NCBI GenBank assembly: GCA_963705835.1
Contig: CAVPLC010000069.1
Coordinates: forward strand, 69,449 to 133,448
DNA: 64,000 bases
Reading direction: 5' to 3'
Source: an uncultured Actinomycetes bacterium
GTDB taxonomy: Bacteria; Actinomycetota; Actinomycetes; Streptosporangiales; Streptosporangiaceae
Below the pieces are notes generated by a model. That model saw nothing but the letters and a program-made list of their open reading frames with translations. It was not told the DNA's origin and made no database searches. Position numbers and translations under genes: made by a program. Positions within the stretch are counted from its first letter, which is position 1. The number at the start of each line of letters is the position of its first letter. Below, piece by piece: positions 38,767 to 48,568 of the stretch.

Positions 38767-40133
38767 CGTCTGCTCCCCTGATGCCATGCGGACGGCGAGC
38801 GCTGCAGCGATACCAGCGTGATGTCGTCCTCTTGCTCGTGATCGGGGCCGGTGAAGTTGCCGAGCTCGGTCAGGCACAGGTCGATCAGCGCCTCACCGGC
38901 CGGGCCCTTGCCGACCAGTTCCGAGACCCGCGGGAAGCCGAACATCTCGCGGTCCGGCGCGTGGGCCTCGGCCAGGCCGTCGCTGTGTAGCAGGGCGCAG
39001 TCACCGGGCTCGAACTGGAAGGTCATCTCGTCGTACGGCATGCCCCGCATCAGCCCCAGCGGCATGCCGCGGGCGCGCAGTTCCTGGACGCCGCCCTGGG
39101 TGCGCACGTAGGGCACGTCGTGGCCGGCGTTGGCGAACTCCACCTCGCCGCTGGCCGGATCCAGGACCAGGGCCAGGCAGGTGACGAACATGTGCGCCGG
39201 GATGTCCTCGCAGAGCATGTCGTTGACGTGGCCGAGGACCTTGCCCGGCGAGATCAGCCGCGGCGCGGCGTCGCGGAGCAGCGAGTGCGTGCTGGCCATG
39301 ACCAGCGCCGCGGGCACGCCCTTGTCGGTCACGTCGCCGACCACGAACATGATCCGCCCGTCGGGCAGCGGGATGAAGTCGTAGAAGTCGCCGCCCACGG
39401 TCCGGGCCGGGCGGTAGAACGCGGCCACGTGCCAGCTGGGCAGGTCGGGCAGTTCCTTGGGCAGGAACTGCTGCTGGATGAGCTGCGCGATCTTCAGTTC
39501 CTGGTCGATGCGCTCACGCTGACGGGCTTCGGCCTGCTGCTGGCGGACCAGCTGGCCGACCCGCATGGCGGGGGCCGCGTAGCCGGCCAGCGAGTTGAGC
39601 AGGCGCAGGTCGTCGGTGGAGTACCCGCGCTCGGACCGCCTCGGGCCCAGGCTGAGCAGCCCGACCAGGCTGCCAGAGGAAATCAGCGGGACGACCAGCA
39701 CCACGCCGGCCTCCTGCAGGGCCTTGAGCGCGTTCGACTGCAGCTGGAGCCCGGTGATGTCCACCGCGCTGGCCGCGCTGAGCAGGTAGCCGATGAGCGG
39801 GTCGTTGGAGGCCAGGTCGAGTTCGGGGCCCGCGGCGACGACGCTCGGGGCGACCGGCACCACGTCGGTCGTGGCCGGCGGCGTGCGGCGCAGCCAGCCG
39901 CGGACGCGGGCGGCCCCGAGGCCGGAGGTCCCTCCCGGCGCCCCCCCGGGCGCCACCTCCGGCCCGGTGTCTAGCTCAGAAATGGCCAAAGTCGTTAGCT
40001 CAGACGTTGGCTCAGACGTTGGCTCAGACGTTGACTCAGACGTTGACACAGACGCCCCCCCGGGCGCTGACCTCAGTCTCACGGGATGCTGGTGCAGTCC
40101 CGCTGGTACTCCCCACCTGTTGCGCCATGTCAC
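38763..40133 (-). CDS. GAF-domain PP2C (SpoIIE/RsbU-type) Ser phosphatase
   Basis: GAF-like LVVPLISSGSLVGLLSLG, then GGDFYDF, VGDVTDKGVPAALVM, HSDGLAE and DDITLVSL. Confidence 0.8.
   Translation of the reverse strand: MTWRNRWGVPAGLHQHPVRLRSAPGGASVSTSESTSEPTSEPTSELTTLAISELDTGPEVAPGGAPGGTSGLGAARVRGWLRRTPPATTDVVPVAPSVVAAGPELDLASNDPLIGYLLSAASAVDITGLQLQSNALKALQEAGVVLVVPLISSGSLVGLLSLGPRRSERGYSTDDLRLLNSLAGYAAPAMRVGQLVRQQQAEARQRERIDQELKIAQLIQQQFLPKELPDLPSWHVAAFYRPARTVGGDFYDFIPLPDGRIMFVVGDVTDKGVPAALVMASTHSLLRDAAPRLISPGKVLGHVNDMLCEDIPAHMFVTCLALVLDPASGEVEFANAGHDVPYVRTQGGVQELRARGMPLGLMRGMPYDEMTFQFEPGDCALLHSDGLAEAHAPDREMFGFPRVSELVGKGPAGEALIDLCLTELGNFTGPDHEQEDDITLVSLQRSPSAWHQGSRR
39994..40053. repeat. 5 x 12-bp tandem repeat GTTGGCTCAGAC (variants)
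   Basis: Counted directly. Encodes STSESTSEPTSEPTSELT near the N-terminus of the phosphatase. Confidence 0.9.
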
Positions 40134-40271
40134 ACTCCGGGTTCGCGGCTCGTTTTGCGACGCACCTTCAGCCTAGAAAGATTGCGATACGGGATCGTTA
40201 CGGCAGTCAAGCCCTCTGACGTGTTTTTTTACGTAAGTGCGTTACGGTGATCCGGAGGGAGGGGTGGGGGG

Positions 40272-43154
40272 ATGACGGAGCTGAGCCTGGCGCTGCTCGG
40301 GCCGCCGGTCGTCCAGCGCGACGGCGCCGCGGTGACCTTCGACACCCGCAAGGCCATCGCGCTGCTCGCCCTGCTCGCCGTCACCGGCCGTGAGCACAGC
40401 CGCGAACAGCTCGCCGACCTGCTCTGGCCCGACGCCGACAGCGCCAAGGGGCGCGCGTCGCTGCGGCGCACGCTGTCGGTCACCGCCGCCGCCATGGGCC
40501 CGGGCCTGACCATCAGCCGGGCGGCGGTCACCCTCGAGCCTGCTTTGGTGCGGGTCGACGTGCGCGAGTTCGAGAGGCTTATCGCGCGGCCGGACGCCGC
40601 GTCACTGGAGCAGGCGGTGCAGCTGTACCGGGGCGACTTCCTGGCCGGGTTCGTGCTGCGCGGCTGCCCGGACTTCGAGGAGTGGCAGGCGTCGGTGGCC
40701 GAGGAGCTGCGGCAGTCGCTCGCGCGCGGGCTGCAGCGGCTGGTCGCGGCGTGCATCGCGCTCGGCGAGCTGGAGCGCGCGGCCGGGCACGCGCGCCGCT
40801 GGCTGCAGCTCGACCCGCTGCACGAGCCCGCCCATCAGGCCATCATCAGGCTGCACGGCTGGGCCGGGCAGCGTTCGGCGGCCATGCGGCAGTACCGGTC
40901 GCTGGTCCGGGTGCTGGACCGCGACCTGGCCGTGCGGCCGCTGCCGGAGACGACGCGGCTCTACGACGACGTGCGGGCGGGACGGCTCGAGCCTCCGCCG
41001 GTCCGGGCGGTTCCGGAGGCTCCTGTTCTTAGTTCGGAGCCCTCGGAGCCTCCCAGGCCTCCCGGGGCGTGGCCGCTGGTGGGGCGGGACGCGGAACTGG
41101 CGGCGTTGCGCGCGGCGTGGCGGGCGGTCGGCGACGCGGGCCGGGTGGTGGCGATCGCGGGGCAGGCGGGCAGCGGCAAGACCCGGCTGATCACCGAGTT
41201 CCGTACCTCGGCGGCCGAGCGGGGCGGCGTCGTCCTGGGTGCGCGGTGCCACGACGGCGAGACCGCGCTGCCGTTCGTGCTGGCCGCGGACCTGCTGCGG
41301 ACCGCGCTCGCGGTCCGGCCCGACCTGCCCGAGGTGCTCCCGGCGCAGACGGCCGCGATGGCCGGGCGGCTGGTCCCGGCGCTGGCCGCGGCCTACCCGG
41401 ACTCGGCCGCGCCCGCGCTGGACAGCCCGGTGGCCGTGACCCGGCTGTACGCGGCGATCGCCGACACGCTGCTCGCCGCGACCGGGGGCTCGGTTCCGGC
41501 CGGCGTGGTCGTGGTCGAGGACGTGCACTGGGCCGACAGCTCGTCGCTCGGGCTGCTCGCCTACCTGGTGCGGCGGCTCGCGGACTGGCCGCTGCTGCTG
41601 GTGCTGAGCTGGCAGGCCGAACAAGCCGGCCAGCTCCGGATCCTGCGCACGGCGCTCGCCGAGGCCGAGGGAGCCTCGCTCGGCGCGACCGTGGAGCCGG
41701 GACCGCTCGGGCCGGAGGCGATCGGCGCGCTGCTCGACCTGGACGGGATGCCGCGGGTCGAGGTGGACCAGCTGATGACCGAGACCCGCGGGCTGCCCAT
41801 GCTGGTCCGCGAGTACGTCGAGGCGCTGCGCGCGTTGGGTCCGGACGGTCCGGAGCAGGCCGACTGGTGGCCGCCGGCCAGCGTCCGGGACCTGCTCCGG
41901 GCCCGGCTGCAGTCGGTCAGCGAGCCGACCAGGCAGCTGCTGACCGCCGCCGCGGTGCTCGGCAGCGACAACGACGCCGACCTGCTGCGCGCGGTCAGCG
42001 GGCGCGGCGAGGACGAGATCGTCGAGGCGCTCGACGAGGCGCTCGGGCGGTCGCTGCTGACCGAGATCCCCCCGCCGGCCGCCAACCAGGCCCCCTCCTA
42101 CGGCTTCCCGTACGAGGCGCTGCGCCGGACCGCCTACGAATCGGCCACCCTGGCCAGGCGGCGGCTGCTGCACGGCCGGGCGGCGGACATCTTGACCCGG
42201 CGCCACGAGCGTGACCCGGCCACGACCCGCGCCGCGACCGTGGCCGATCATCTGCAGCTGGCCGGGCGCGACGAGGAGGCCGCACGGTGGTGGTGGCGCG
42301 CCGCCCAGGTGGCCCGGGAGCTGTACGCGCACGCCCAGGCGCACGCGCACCTGGTCCGCGCGCTGGCGCTCGGCTATCCGCAGCTGCCCGGCCGGCTCGC
42401 CCTCGGCGAGGAGCTTGTCGTGCTGGGCCGGTACCGTGAGGCGCTCGCCGAGTTCGAGACCGCCGCGGCCCTGGCCGTCGCCGGCGACGGGACGGATGCG
42501 GGCGGGGCCGACCGGGCCATCCAGGCCAGCATCGAGCACAAGCTCGCCGACGTGCACCACCGGCTGGGTGACTGGGACCTGGCCGACGCGCATCTGGCCG
42601 TGGTCACCGAACTCGTCGCCGGCGCCGAGCCGGGACGCCTGGCCCGGGCCGAGGCCGACCGGGCCGTGGTCGCGTACCGTCGCGGGGATACCGGCCAGGC
42701 CGCCGCCTTCGGCCGGGCCGCGCTGTCTTGCGCCAGGGCCGCCGCCGATCCCGGCGCCACGGCGCAGGCCCTCAACGTGCTCGGGATGCTCGCGGCGCGG
42801 GCCGGCGACACCGCCGCGGCCGAGACCTACCTGCGGGACAGCCTGGCCGAGGCACGGCAGCTCCCCGAACTGGGGGCGGCGGTCGCCGCGCTGAACAACC
42901 TGGCCCGGCTCCTGGCCGAAACCGGCCGGATCGGCGAGGCCCTGACGCTCGCGGCCGAAGCGCTCGAGCTGGGCAGCGAGCTCGGTGACCAGCACCGCGT
43001 GGCGGCCCTGCACACCAACATGGCCGACCTGCTGCACGCGGACGGCCAGGGCGAGGCCGCCATGGCGCACCTGAAGGAGGCGGCCAGGCGCTTCGCCTCG
43101 GTCGACGTGGGGGACGCGCCGCGCCCGGAGATCTGGACCCTGGTCGAGTGGTAG
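40272..43154 (+). CDS. SARP/AfsR-family regulator (wHTH + BTAD + P-loop NTPase + TPR)
   Basis: Has LLGPPVVQRDGAAVTFDTRKAIALLALLA and the BTAD region YRGDFLAG ... EPAHQAIIRLH. P-loop GQAGSGKT. The C-terminus has TPR-like repeats. Confidence 0.85.
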   Translation: MTELSLALLGPPVVQRDGAAVTFDTRKAIALLALLAVTGREHSREQLADLLWPDADSAKGRASLRRTLSVTAAAMGPGLTISRAAVTLEPALVRVDVREFERLIARPDAASLEQAVQLYRGDFLAGFVLRGCPDFEEWQASVAEELRQSLARGLQRLVAACIALGELERAAGHARRWLQLDPLHEPAHQAIIRLHGWAGQRSAAMRQYRSLVRVLDRDLAVRPLPETTRLYDDVRAGRLEPPPVRAVPEAPVLSSEPSEPPRPPGAWPLVGRDAELAALRAAWRAVGDAGRVVAIAGQAGSGKTRLITEFRTSAAERGGVVLGARCHDGETALPFVLAADLLRTALAVRPDLPEVLPAQTAAMAGRLVPALAAAYPDSAAPALDSPVAVTRLYAAIADTLLAATGGSVPAGVVVVEDVHWADSSSLGLLAYLVRRLADWPLLLVLSWQAEQAGQLRILRTALAEAEGASLGATVEPGPLGPEAIGALLDLDGMPRVEVDQLMTETRGLPMLVREYVEALRALGPDGPEQADWWPPASVRDLLRARLQSVSEPTRQLLTAAAVLGSDNDADLLRAVSGRGEDEIVEALDEALGRSLLTEIPPPAANQAPSYGFPYEALRRTAYESATLARRRLLHGRAADILTRRHERDPATTRAATVADHLQLAGRDEEAARWWWRAAQVARELYAHAQAHAHLVRALALGYPQLPGRLALGEELVVLGRYREALAEFETAAALAVAGDGTDAGGADRAIQASIEHKLADVHHRLGDWDLADAHLAVVTELVAGAEPGRLARAEADRAVVAYRRGDTGQAAAFGRAALSCARAAADPGATAQALNVLGMLAARAGDTAAAETYLRDSLAEARQLPELGAAVAALNNLARLLAETGRIGEALTLAAEALELGSELGDQHRVAALHTNMADLLHADGQGEAAMAHLKEAARRFASVDVGDAPRPEIWTLVEW

Positions 43155-43167
43155 CGCCGGGGCAGAG

Positions 43168-44399
43168 CTTAGGTCCGGCGCTCGGTTGGCGAGCCAGACC
43201 GAGACGTGGGTGGGCTCGAAGGCCTGATGAACGACGGCGGTCAGCTCGTTCTCCATGGACGAGAGGTCCACGGACTCGCGGAGCCGGCCGGCGAACGCGG
43301 CCACGGTGGCCTCGGCGTCGTAGTGAGCGCGGTTGAAGCGCCGGTCGACGACCCGCTGGACGCGCTTGCGCAGCGGGTTGAACAGCGCGGCCGCGGCCAG
43401 CGTCGATCCGGCCACCGCCACCCCCGAGCTCTTCGGCAGCACGTGCGTGGCCAGCAGCACCAGCCCGGCGTACACGCCGACCAGCAGCCCGGTGACGATG
43501 GCGTAGGCCAGCGTGCGGGAGATGATCCGGTCGATCTCGTACAGCCGGTACTTAAGGATCCCGATGCCGAGCGCGACCGGCAGCGCCGCGACGCCCGCGG
43601 CGAGCACGGCGCCGACCACCGCCGCCAGGCCGGTGGCGTTGTTGGACTGGAACGTGCCGAACCCGAGGCAGACGATGAACACGGCCGCCCCGCTGTAAAG
43701 CCACTTGAGCTGCAGGCGGCGCTCGCCGCTGGACTTGCGGTACTTGGGAACCTGGACCGCGAGCCACACCACCCAGCTGATGAGCAGCGCGAAGAACCCG
43801 ATGTTCTCGACCACGACCCACCCCAGCGCGGAGCCGACGGGATGGTCGATGCTGGCCGGGGTGCCGTTGGCGTCCACCCGGACCGTGCCGGCGGGCGCCA
43901 CGATGATCCAGGGCACGAACACGGCCGCCCCGAACAGCAGGCCGGCGGTGAACAGGGTGCCGCCCACTCGCCGCCACCGCCCGGTGGGCAGGTGCCCGTC
44001 GGGGAACAGCCACAGGGCGCCCGCGACGAGGACCAGGCCGCCCGCCCAGGTTGGCTGGAGGGCGATGGCGAGCCTGCCGAGAGGCAGGGTCCCATGATGG
44101 AGCCGGTAGTCCAGGACCGAGTAGGCCACCGAACCCGCCTGGAGCGAGAACAGGATGCCGCAGCCGAGCATCAGCCAACCGAGCGGGTTGCCCGGTCGCC
44201 GAACAGCCACCAGCATCCCGACCGCCACCGTCGGCAACAAAGCCATCAGCCGCACGAATTGGGGCGCCGTGTTGCCCTCCCACGCGACCAGCACGAGGGC
44301 GGCGATGTTGAGCGCGAAGGCGAGCACCCCAAGCGCAATGGCCGACCGGGGCGAGAGCAGCCGGCGAACCGTGTGCACAGCGCTTGCCCGCCCCTCCAT
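43168..44399 (-). CDS. polytopic membrane protein with conserved cytoplasmic C-terminal tail
   Basis: About 10 TM segments, then RRFNRAHYDAEATVAAFAGRLRESVDL ... EPTHVSVWL. The ORF has no in-frame stop and runs antisense through the SARP gene to 40602. A TAA lies one frame off at about 43168, so the 3' end is an estimate. ATG at 44399. Confidence 0.65.
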
Positions 44400-44466
44400 G
44401 CGCGTCACGTTACCCGCCGAGCGTTCCGGCATCGTTACGGGCCAAGGCTGACCCGCCGCCCCGCTT

Positions 44467-44507
44467 CCCTTCTTATTTTGGGCCGAACGGACCGTGGTTC
44501 CCGCCTA
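44467..44507 (+). repeat. dispersed repeat DR-A, copy 5
   Basis: CCCTTCTTATTTTGGGCCGAACGGACCGTGGTTCCCGCCTAC. Overlaps the stop codon (44504-44506) of the sigma-fusion gene. Confidence 0.8.
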
Positions 44508-46049
44508 CAGCGAGACGTTCAGCACGACCGTGACGGTGGCGCCGCCGGGGCTGATGGTGAGCTGCTTGTCCAGCGTGATCAGGCTGGTCGAGTGCACCGT
44601 GATCGTCACGCTCGCGCCGGACGCGAGCGATCCCGACGCGGGCGAGACGGTCAGGCCGGACGGGACCGATATCGAGTAGCCGCTCGACCGGGCCGCCCTT
44701 GGCGGTGAGCGTGAACGTCCCGACGCCCTGACCGTTGACCGCCACCAGGACCAGCCTGGTCTGCAACACGGTCAGCGTGCCCTGGGTCACCGGCGACGGG
44801 GAAGACGCCGAGGACCTGGGCGACGAGGATCCGGTCCCGGAGCCCGCAGCGCCGGTCGTTCCGGCCGCGCCCGACGTCCCGGGCTTTCCCGGCGTTCCGG
44901 AGCCGGCGGCCAGTCCCGGCGCGGTCGCGCCGCCGGACCCGCCGCTTGAGGGCGGCAGCCCGCTGCTGCCGCCGCCGCCCGGCGCGGTGCCGTTTCCCTG
45001 CCGTGGGAAGGGCCTCCGCGCGCTCCGGCCACCGCGCCAGGTGCCGGGCTGCCGCGGGCCCCGGCCGCCGGGTTCTGGCCGTGCTGCGCGCCGCCGATGA
45101 ACAGGACCGCGCCGACCCCCGCCGCGGCCACGGCCGTAGCCGTGCTGGCCACCGCGGCGTGGGAGTGCCGCAGGGCGTGAGGCCAGCCGGACGCGCCGGG
45201 CAGGCTCAGCGGCCTGGGGAAGCCCGCGGGGCCGAACGTCCCCGCCCGCGTCGCGACGTTCGCGCGGCGCGCCAGCCCGACGGCCGTGTGATCGGTGCAC
45301 AGCCCCAGCACCTGCTCACGGAACCCGGGCACCAGCGCGACCATCGGCACCGCGCCGGCGAACAGGGCCGGGCTCAGCTCGCGGCGCTTGCGCTCACCGC
45401 AGATCTCGCACCGTTCTATGTGGCGGCTGACCCGCTTGCGGATGAGCACCGTCAGCTGCCCGTCCCAGCCGGCCAGGGCAGCGTCGAGCGCGGAGCAGGC
45501 GTCCCGCCCGGCACGCGCGACGAGCAGCACGCCCAGCGATCGTTCCAGCTGACCGCGGGCCCGGGACAGCAGCGCGTGAGCGTGGTTGCGCGACACCCCC
45601 AGCGCGTCGGCCAGTTCCTCCCCCTGGAGGCCGTGCGCCAGGCTCAGCTCGATGACGTCACGCTCGGCGGGGTTCAGCCCGCCGAGCGCGTCGCGGACGA
45701 GATCACGCAGTTCGGCCTGTTCGGCGGCGCTGCCGACGTCGGCCGATTCGGCTGGCATGTTCACCGCCTCGTCGAGTGCGGATGTGGTCAGGCCGGAACG
45801 CAGCTGGCGCAGGCACTCGTTACGCGCGACCGCGTAGAGCCAGGACCGCAGCTTGGCCGGGTCCTTGAGCCCGCCCAGCTTGGCGGTGGCGATCAGGAAC
45901 GTATCCTGCACGGCGTCGGCGGCGTCCGCGGGCTCGCGCAGCAGGGAACGGCAGTAGGCGTACAGCGGCATGGCGTACCTGTCGTACGCCTCGGCGATGC
46001 CGCGAGGGTCCCCCGCCACGATGGCGGCGACCACCTCACCGTCGTCCAT
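44504..46049 (-). CDS. ECF-type sigma-70 factor fused to a zinc-finger anti-sigma-like segment, a TM helix and a Gly/Ser-rich beta-rich extracytoplasmic tail
   Basis: Sigma region 2 DAVQDTFL and region 4 ELADALGVSRNHAHALLSRAR. Then HIERCEIC and the TM segment AVAAAGVGAVLFIGGA. The tail ...TLTVLQTRLVLVAVNGQGVGTFTLTAKGG / GYSISVPSGLTVSP ... TVVLNVSL needs two more frame changes, at about 45000-45040 and 44680-44700. Confidence 0.65.
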
Positions 46050-46291
46050 GGGTTTTACGTTAGTTCGCTCAACACCCGCAGGTCAGCGAGACCGACATAA
46101 CGCGCTAATCGCGACCGGCCAGGTCCGCTGGGGCGTCTCGGACCGAGGCGCGAGCGCATCTGCCGGTGGCAGGTTCGCCAAGGGCGGGCTTGTGCCCAGG
46201 CTACAAACTACCGTGCGGCGCTTGACCTGGTTCAAGGCTTCGTATCAGCATGTGAGAGCGGATCTTTAGAGGGCAGCGGCTGGGCGGAGTC

Positions 46292-48568
46292 ATGGTCGAA
46301 AGCTACGGGCACAAGCGGTCCGACCGCTCGTACCAGGCGGGCCCGGCAGTTTTCGACCTTCTCGGCTCGAAGCTGCGACGTCCGCCGGACCGGCGCGGGA
46401 CAGTCCGCCGGTCATCGCTGATCGACCTGCTGGCTCGAGAAGACCTCCGGCCGGTCGTCTCTGTAGTCGCGCCCGCTGGCTACGGGAAAACAACGCTGCT
46501 GTCGCAATGGGCCGAGCGCAATGGGCAGGCGTTCGCCTGGTTGTCGGTCGACGAGACGGACAACGACCCGAAGGTCCTGCTCACCTACGTCGCGCATGCG
46601 CTGGACGCCGTGGAGCCGATCGGCGGGCCAGTGTTCGACGCGCTCGCCTCACCCGGCAGTTCGGTGCCCGGCTCGGTGGTGCCCAGGCTGGGAGCGGCGT
46701 TCGCGTCGGTGGCTGCGCCCGTGGTGCTGGTGCTCGATGACGTGCACCTGCTGCACAACCGGGAGTGCCGGTCGGCGCTGTCGGTACTGGCTGAGCACGT
46801 GCCCAAGGGGTCGCGGCTGGTGCTGGCCGGCCGCAATGAGCCGCCGCTGCGGATCGCGCGGCTGCGCGCCGAAGGGCGCATCACCGAGATCGGCCCGGCC
46901 GACCTGTCGCTGACGCAGGAAGAGGCGGCAGCGCTGCTGCGCGCGGCTGGCCTCGCGCTGGACGATGGCGAGGTAGCAGAGCTGTACCGCCGCACCGAGG
47001 GATGGGCGGCCGGGTTGTACCTGGCCGCGCTCTACCTGCGGGAGGGCGGCCCGGTGGGGACGGCGGCAGTCTCGTTCCGCGGCGATGACCGGCTGGTCAG
47101 CGAGTACATGAAGTCGGAGTTCCTGGCGCGGATCTCCCGGCGGCAGCGGGCGTTCCTGACCCGGACCGCGGTGCTGGAGCGGATGTCCGGGCCGTTGTGC
47201 GAGGCGGTGCTGGAGCTGCCGGGCGCCGCCGCGGTCCTGGCCGAGCTGGCCCGCTCCAACCTGCTGCTGGTTCCGCTGGACCGGCGCGGCTACTGGTACC
47301 GCTACCATCACCTGTTCCGGGACATGCTGCTGGCCGAGCTGGAACGACTCGAGCCCGGCGTGATGCCGGTGCTGCGGCGCCGGGCGGCCGCCTGGTGCCT
47401 GGACCAGGACCGGCCCGAGGAGGCGCTGGAGTACTCCATGGCCGCCGGGGATGTGGATATGGCTGCCGGGCTGGTGGGAAGGCTCGCGGTGCCGGCCCGG
47501 CGGCAGGGCCGGCTCACCACGCTTCAGCAGTGGTTCCGGTGGCTGGATGACCGGGGCGGGATCGAGAGATACCCGATGGTCACGGTGCTGGGCGCTCTGA
47601 TCTATGCGTGGATGGGGCGACCGGCCGAGGCCGACCGGTGGGCCGATGTGGCGGACCGCTGGTGGGACGGGACCGCAACGAAGCCCGATGACCCGGCGGT
47701 CATGGCGTGGGCCGCCCTGGGCCGGGCCTTCATGTGCCGGCACGGCATCGCGCAGATGGTGGCGGATGCGGACGCGGCGGCTCGCATGTTCCCGGCGGCG
47801 GGCATCGTGACATCGGCACCTGCGCTGTTGCAAGGCGTCGCGCGGATCCTTTCCGGTGACCTCGATGGCGGCGACGCAGCCCTGGCCGATGCGGTCAGGC
47901 GCGGGGAGCAGATCGGCACGCGCGACATCGTCGCGGCGGCGCTGGCCGAACGGTCGCTGGTGGCCATGGTGCGCGGTGAATGGGGCCGGGCCGAGGACCT
48001 GGCCGGCCAGGCACGCGCCGCGCTACGCCCGAACGGGGCCGAGGAAAGCTACGCCGCGCCCCTGGTCTTCGCGGTGCAGGCCCGCACGGCCATCCACCGC
48101 GGAGACGTCCCGGCCGCCCGCAGGCTGCTGGTCAGCGCCCAGCGCGCCCGGCCGCTGCTGACCCACGCGATCCCGCACGTGGCCGTTCAGGCGCGGATCG
48201 AACTCACCCGTGTCCACCTCGCCCTGGCCGACTCGGCCGCGGCCACGACGCTGATGCGTGAGATCGATGACGTGCTCCGGCGCCGACCCGACCTGGGCAT
48301 CCTGGCCGGCGAGGCCCAGGCGCTCCGGGCCCGGCTACCGGAAAAGCGCAGTCCCACCGCCCGCGGAGCGTCCTCACTGACCGCCGCCGAGCTACGAGTC
48401 CTGCCCATGCTCGCCACCCACCTGTCCTTCCCCGAGATCGGCGCCGAGATGTTCCTGTCCCCGCACACCATCAAGTCCCAGGCAATATCGATCTACCGGA
48501 AGCTGGGCGCCACCACGCGCAACCAGGCCGTCACCCGATCCAGGGAGCTGGGGCTCATAGAGGGATGA
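46292..48568 (+). CDS. MalT-like large LuxR-family regulator (P-loop NTPase + helical repeats + LuxR HTH)
   Basis: P-loop APAGYGKTTL and Walker B VLVLDDVH. Also TEGWAAGLYLAAL. C-terminal LTAAELRVLPMLATHLSFPEIGAEMFLSPHTIKSQAISIYRKLG. Confidence 0.85.
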   Translation: MVESYGHKRSDRSYQAGPAVFDLLGSKLRRPPDRRGTVRRSSLIDLLAREDLRPVVSVVAPAGYGKTTLLSQWAERNGQAFAWLSVDETDNDPKVLLTYVAHALDAVEPIGGPVFDALASPGSSVPGSVVPRLGAAFASVAAPVVLVLDDVHLLHNRECRSALSVLAEHVPKGSRLVLAGRNEPPLRIARLRAEGRITEIGPADLSLTQEEAAALLRAAGLALDDGEVAELYRRTEGWAAGLYLAALYLREGGPVGTAAVSFRGDDRLVSEYMKSEFLARISRRQRAFLTRTAVLERMSGPLCEAVLELPGAAAVLAELARSNLLLVPLDRRGYWYRYHHLFRDMLLAELERLEPGVMPVLRRRAAAWCLDQDRPEEALEYSMAAGDVDMAAGLVGRLAVPARRQGRLTTLQQWFRWLDDRGGIERYPMVTVLGALIYAWMGRPAEADRWADVADRWWDGTATKPDDPAVMAWAALGRAFMCRHGIAQMVADADAAARMFPAAGIVTSAPALLQGVARILSGDLDGGDAALADAVRRGEQIGTRDIVAAALAERSLVAMVRGEWGRAEDLAGQARAALRPNGAEESYAAPLVFAVQARTAIHRGDVPAARRLLVSAQRARPLLTHAIPHVAVQARIELTRVHLALADSAAATTLMREIDDVLRRRPDLGILAGEAQALRARLPEKRSPTARGASSLTAAELRVLPMLATHLSFPEIGAEMFLSPHTIKSQAISIYRKLGATTRNQAVTRSRELGLIEG

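Noticed and set aside
40602-43150. Continuation of the 1276-aa minus-strand ORF beyond the membrane-protein tail
   Set aside because: It is antisense to the SARP regulator. It arises only because the membrane-protein gene lacks an in-frame stop, and the translated sequence is low-complexity Arg/Gly/Pro.
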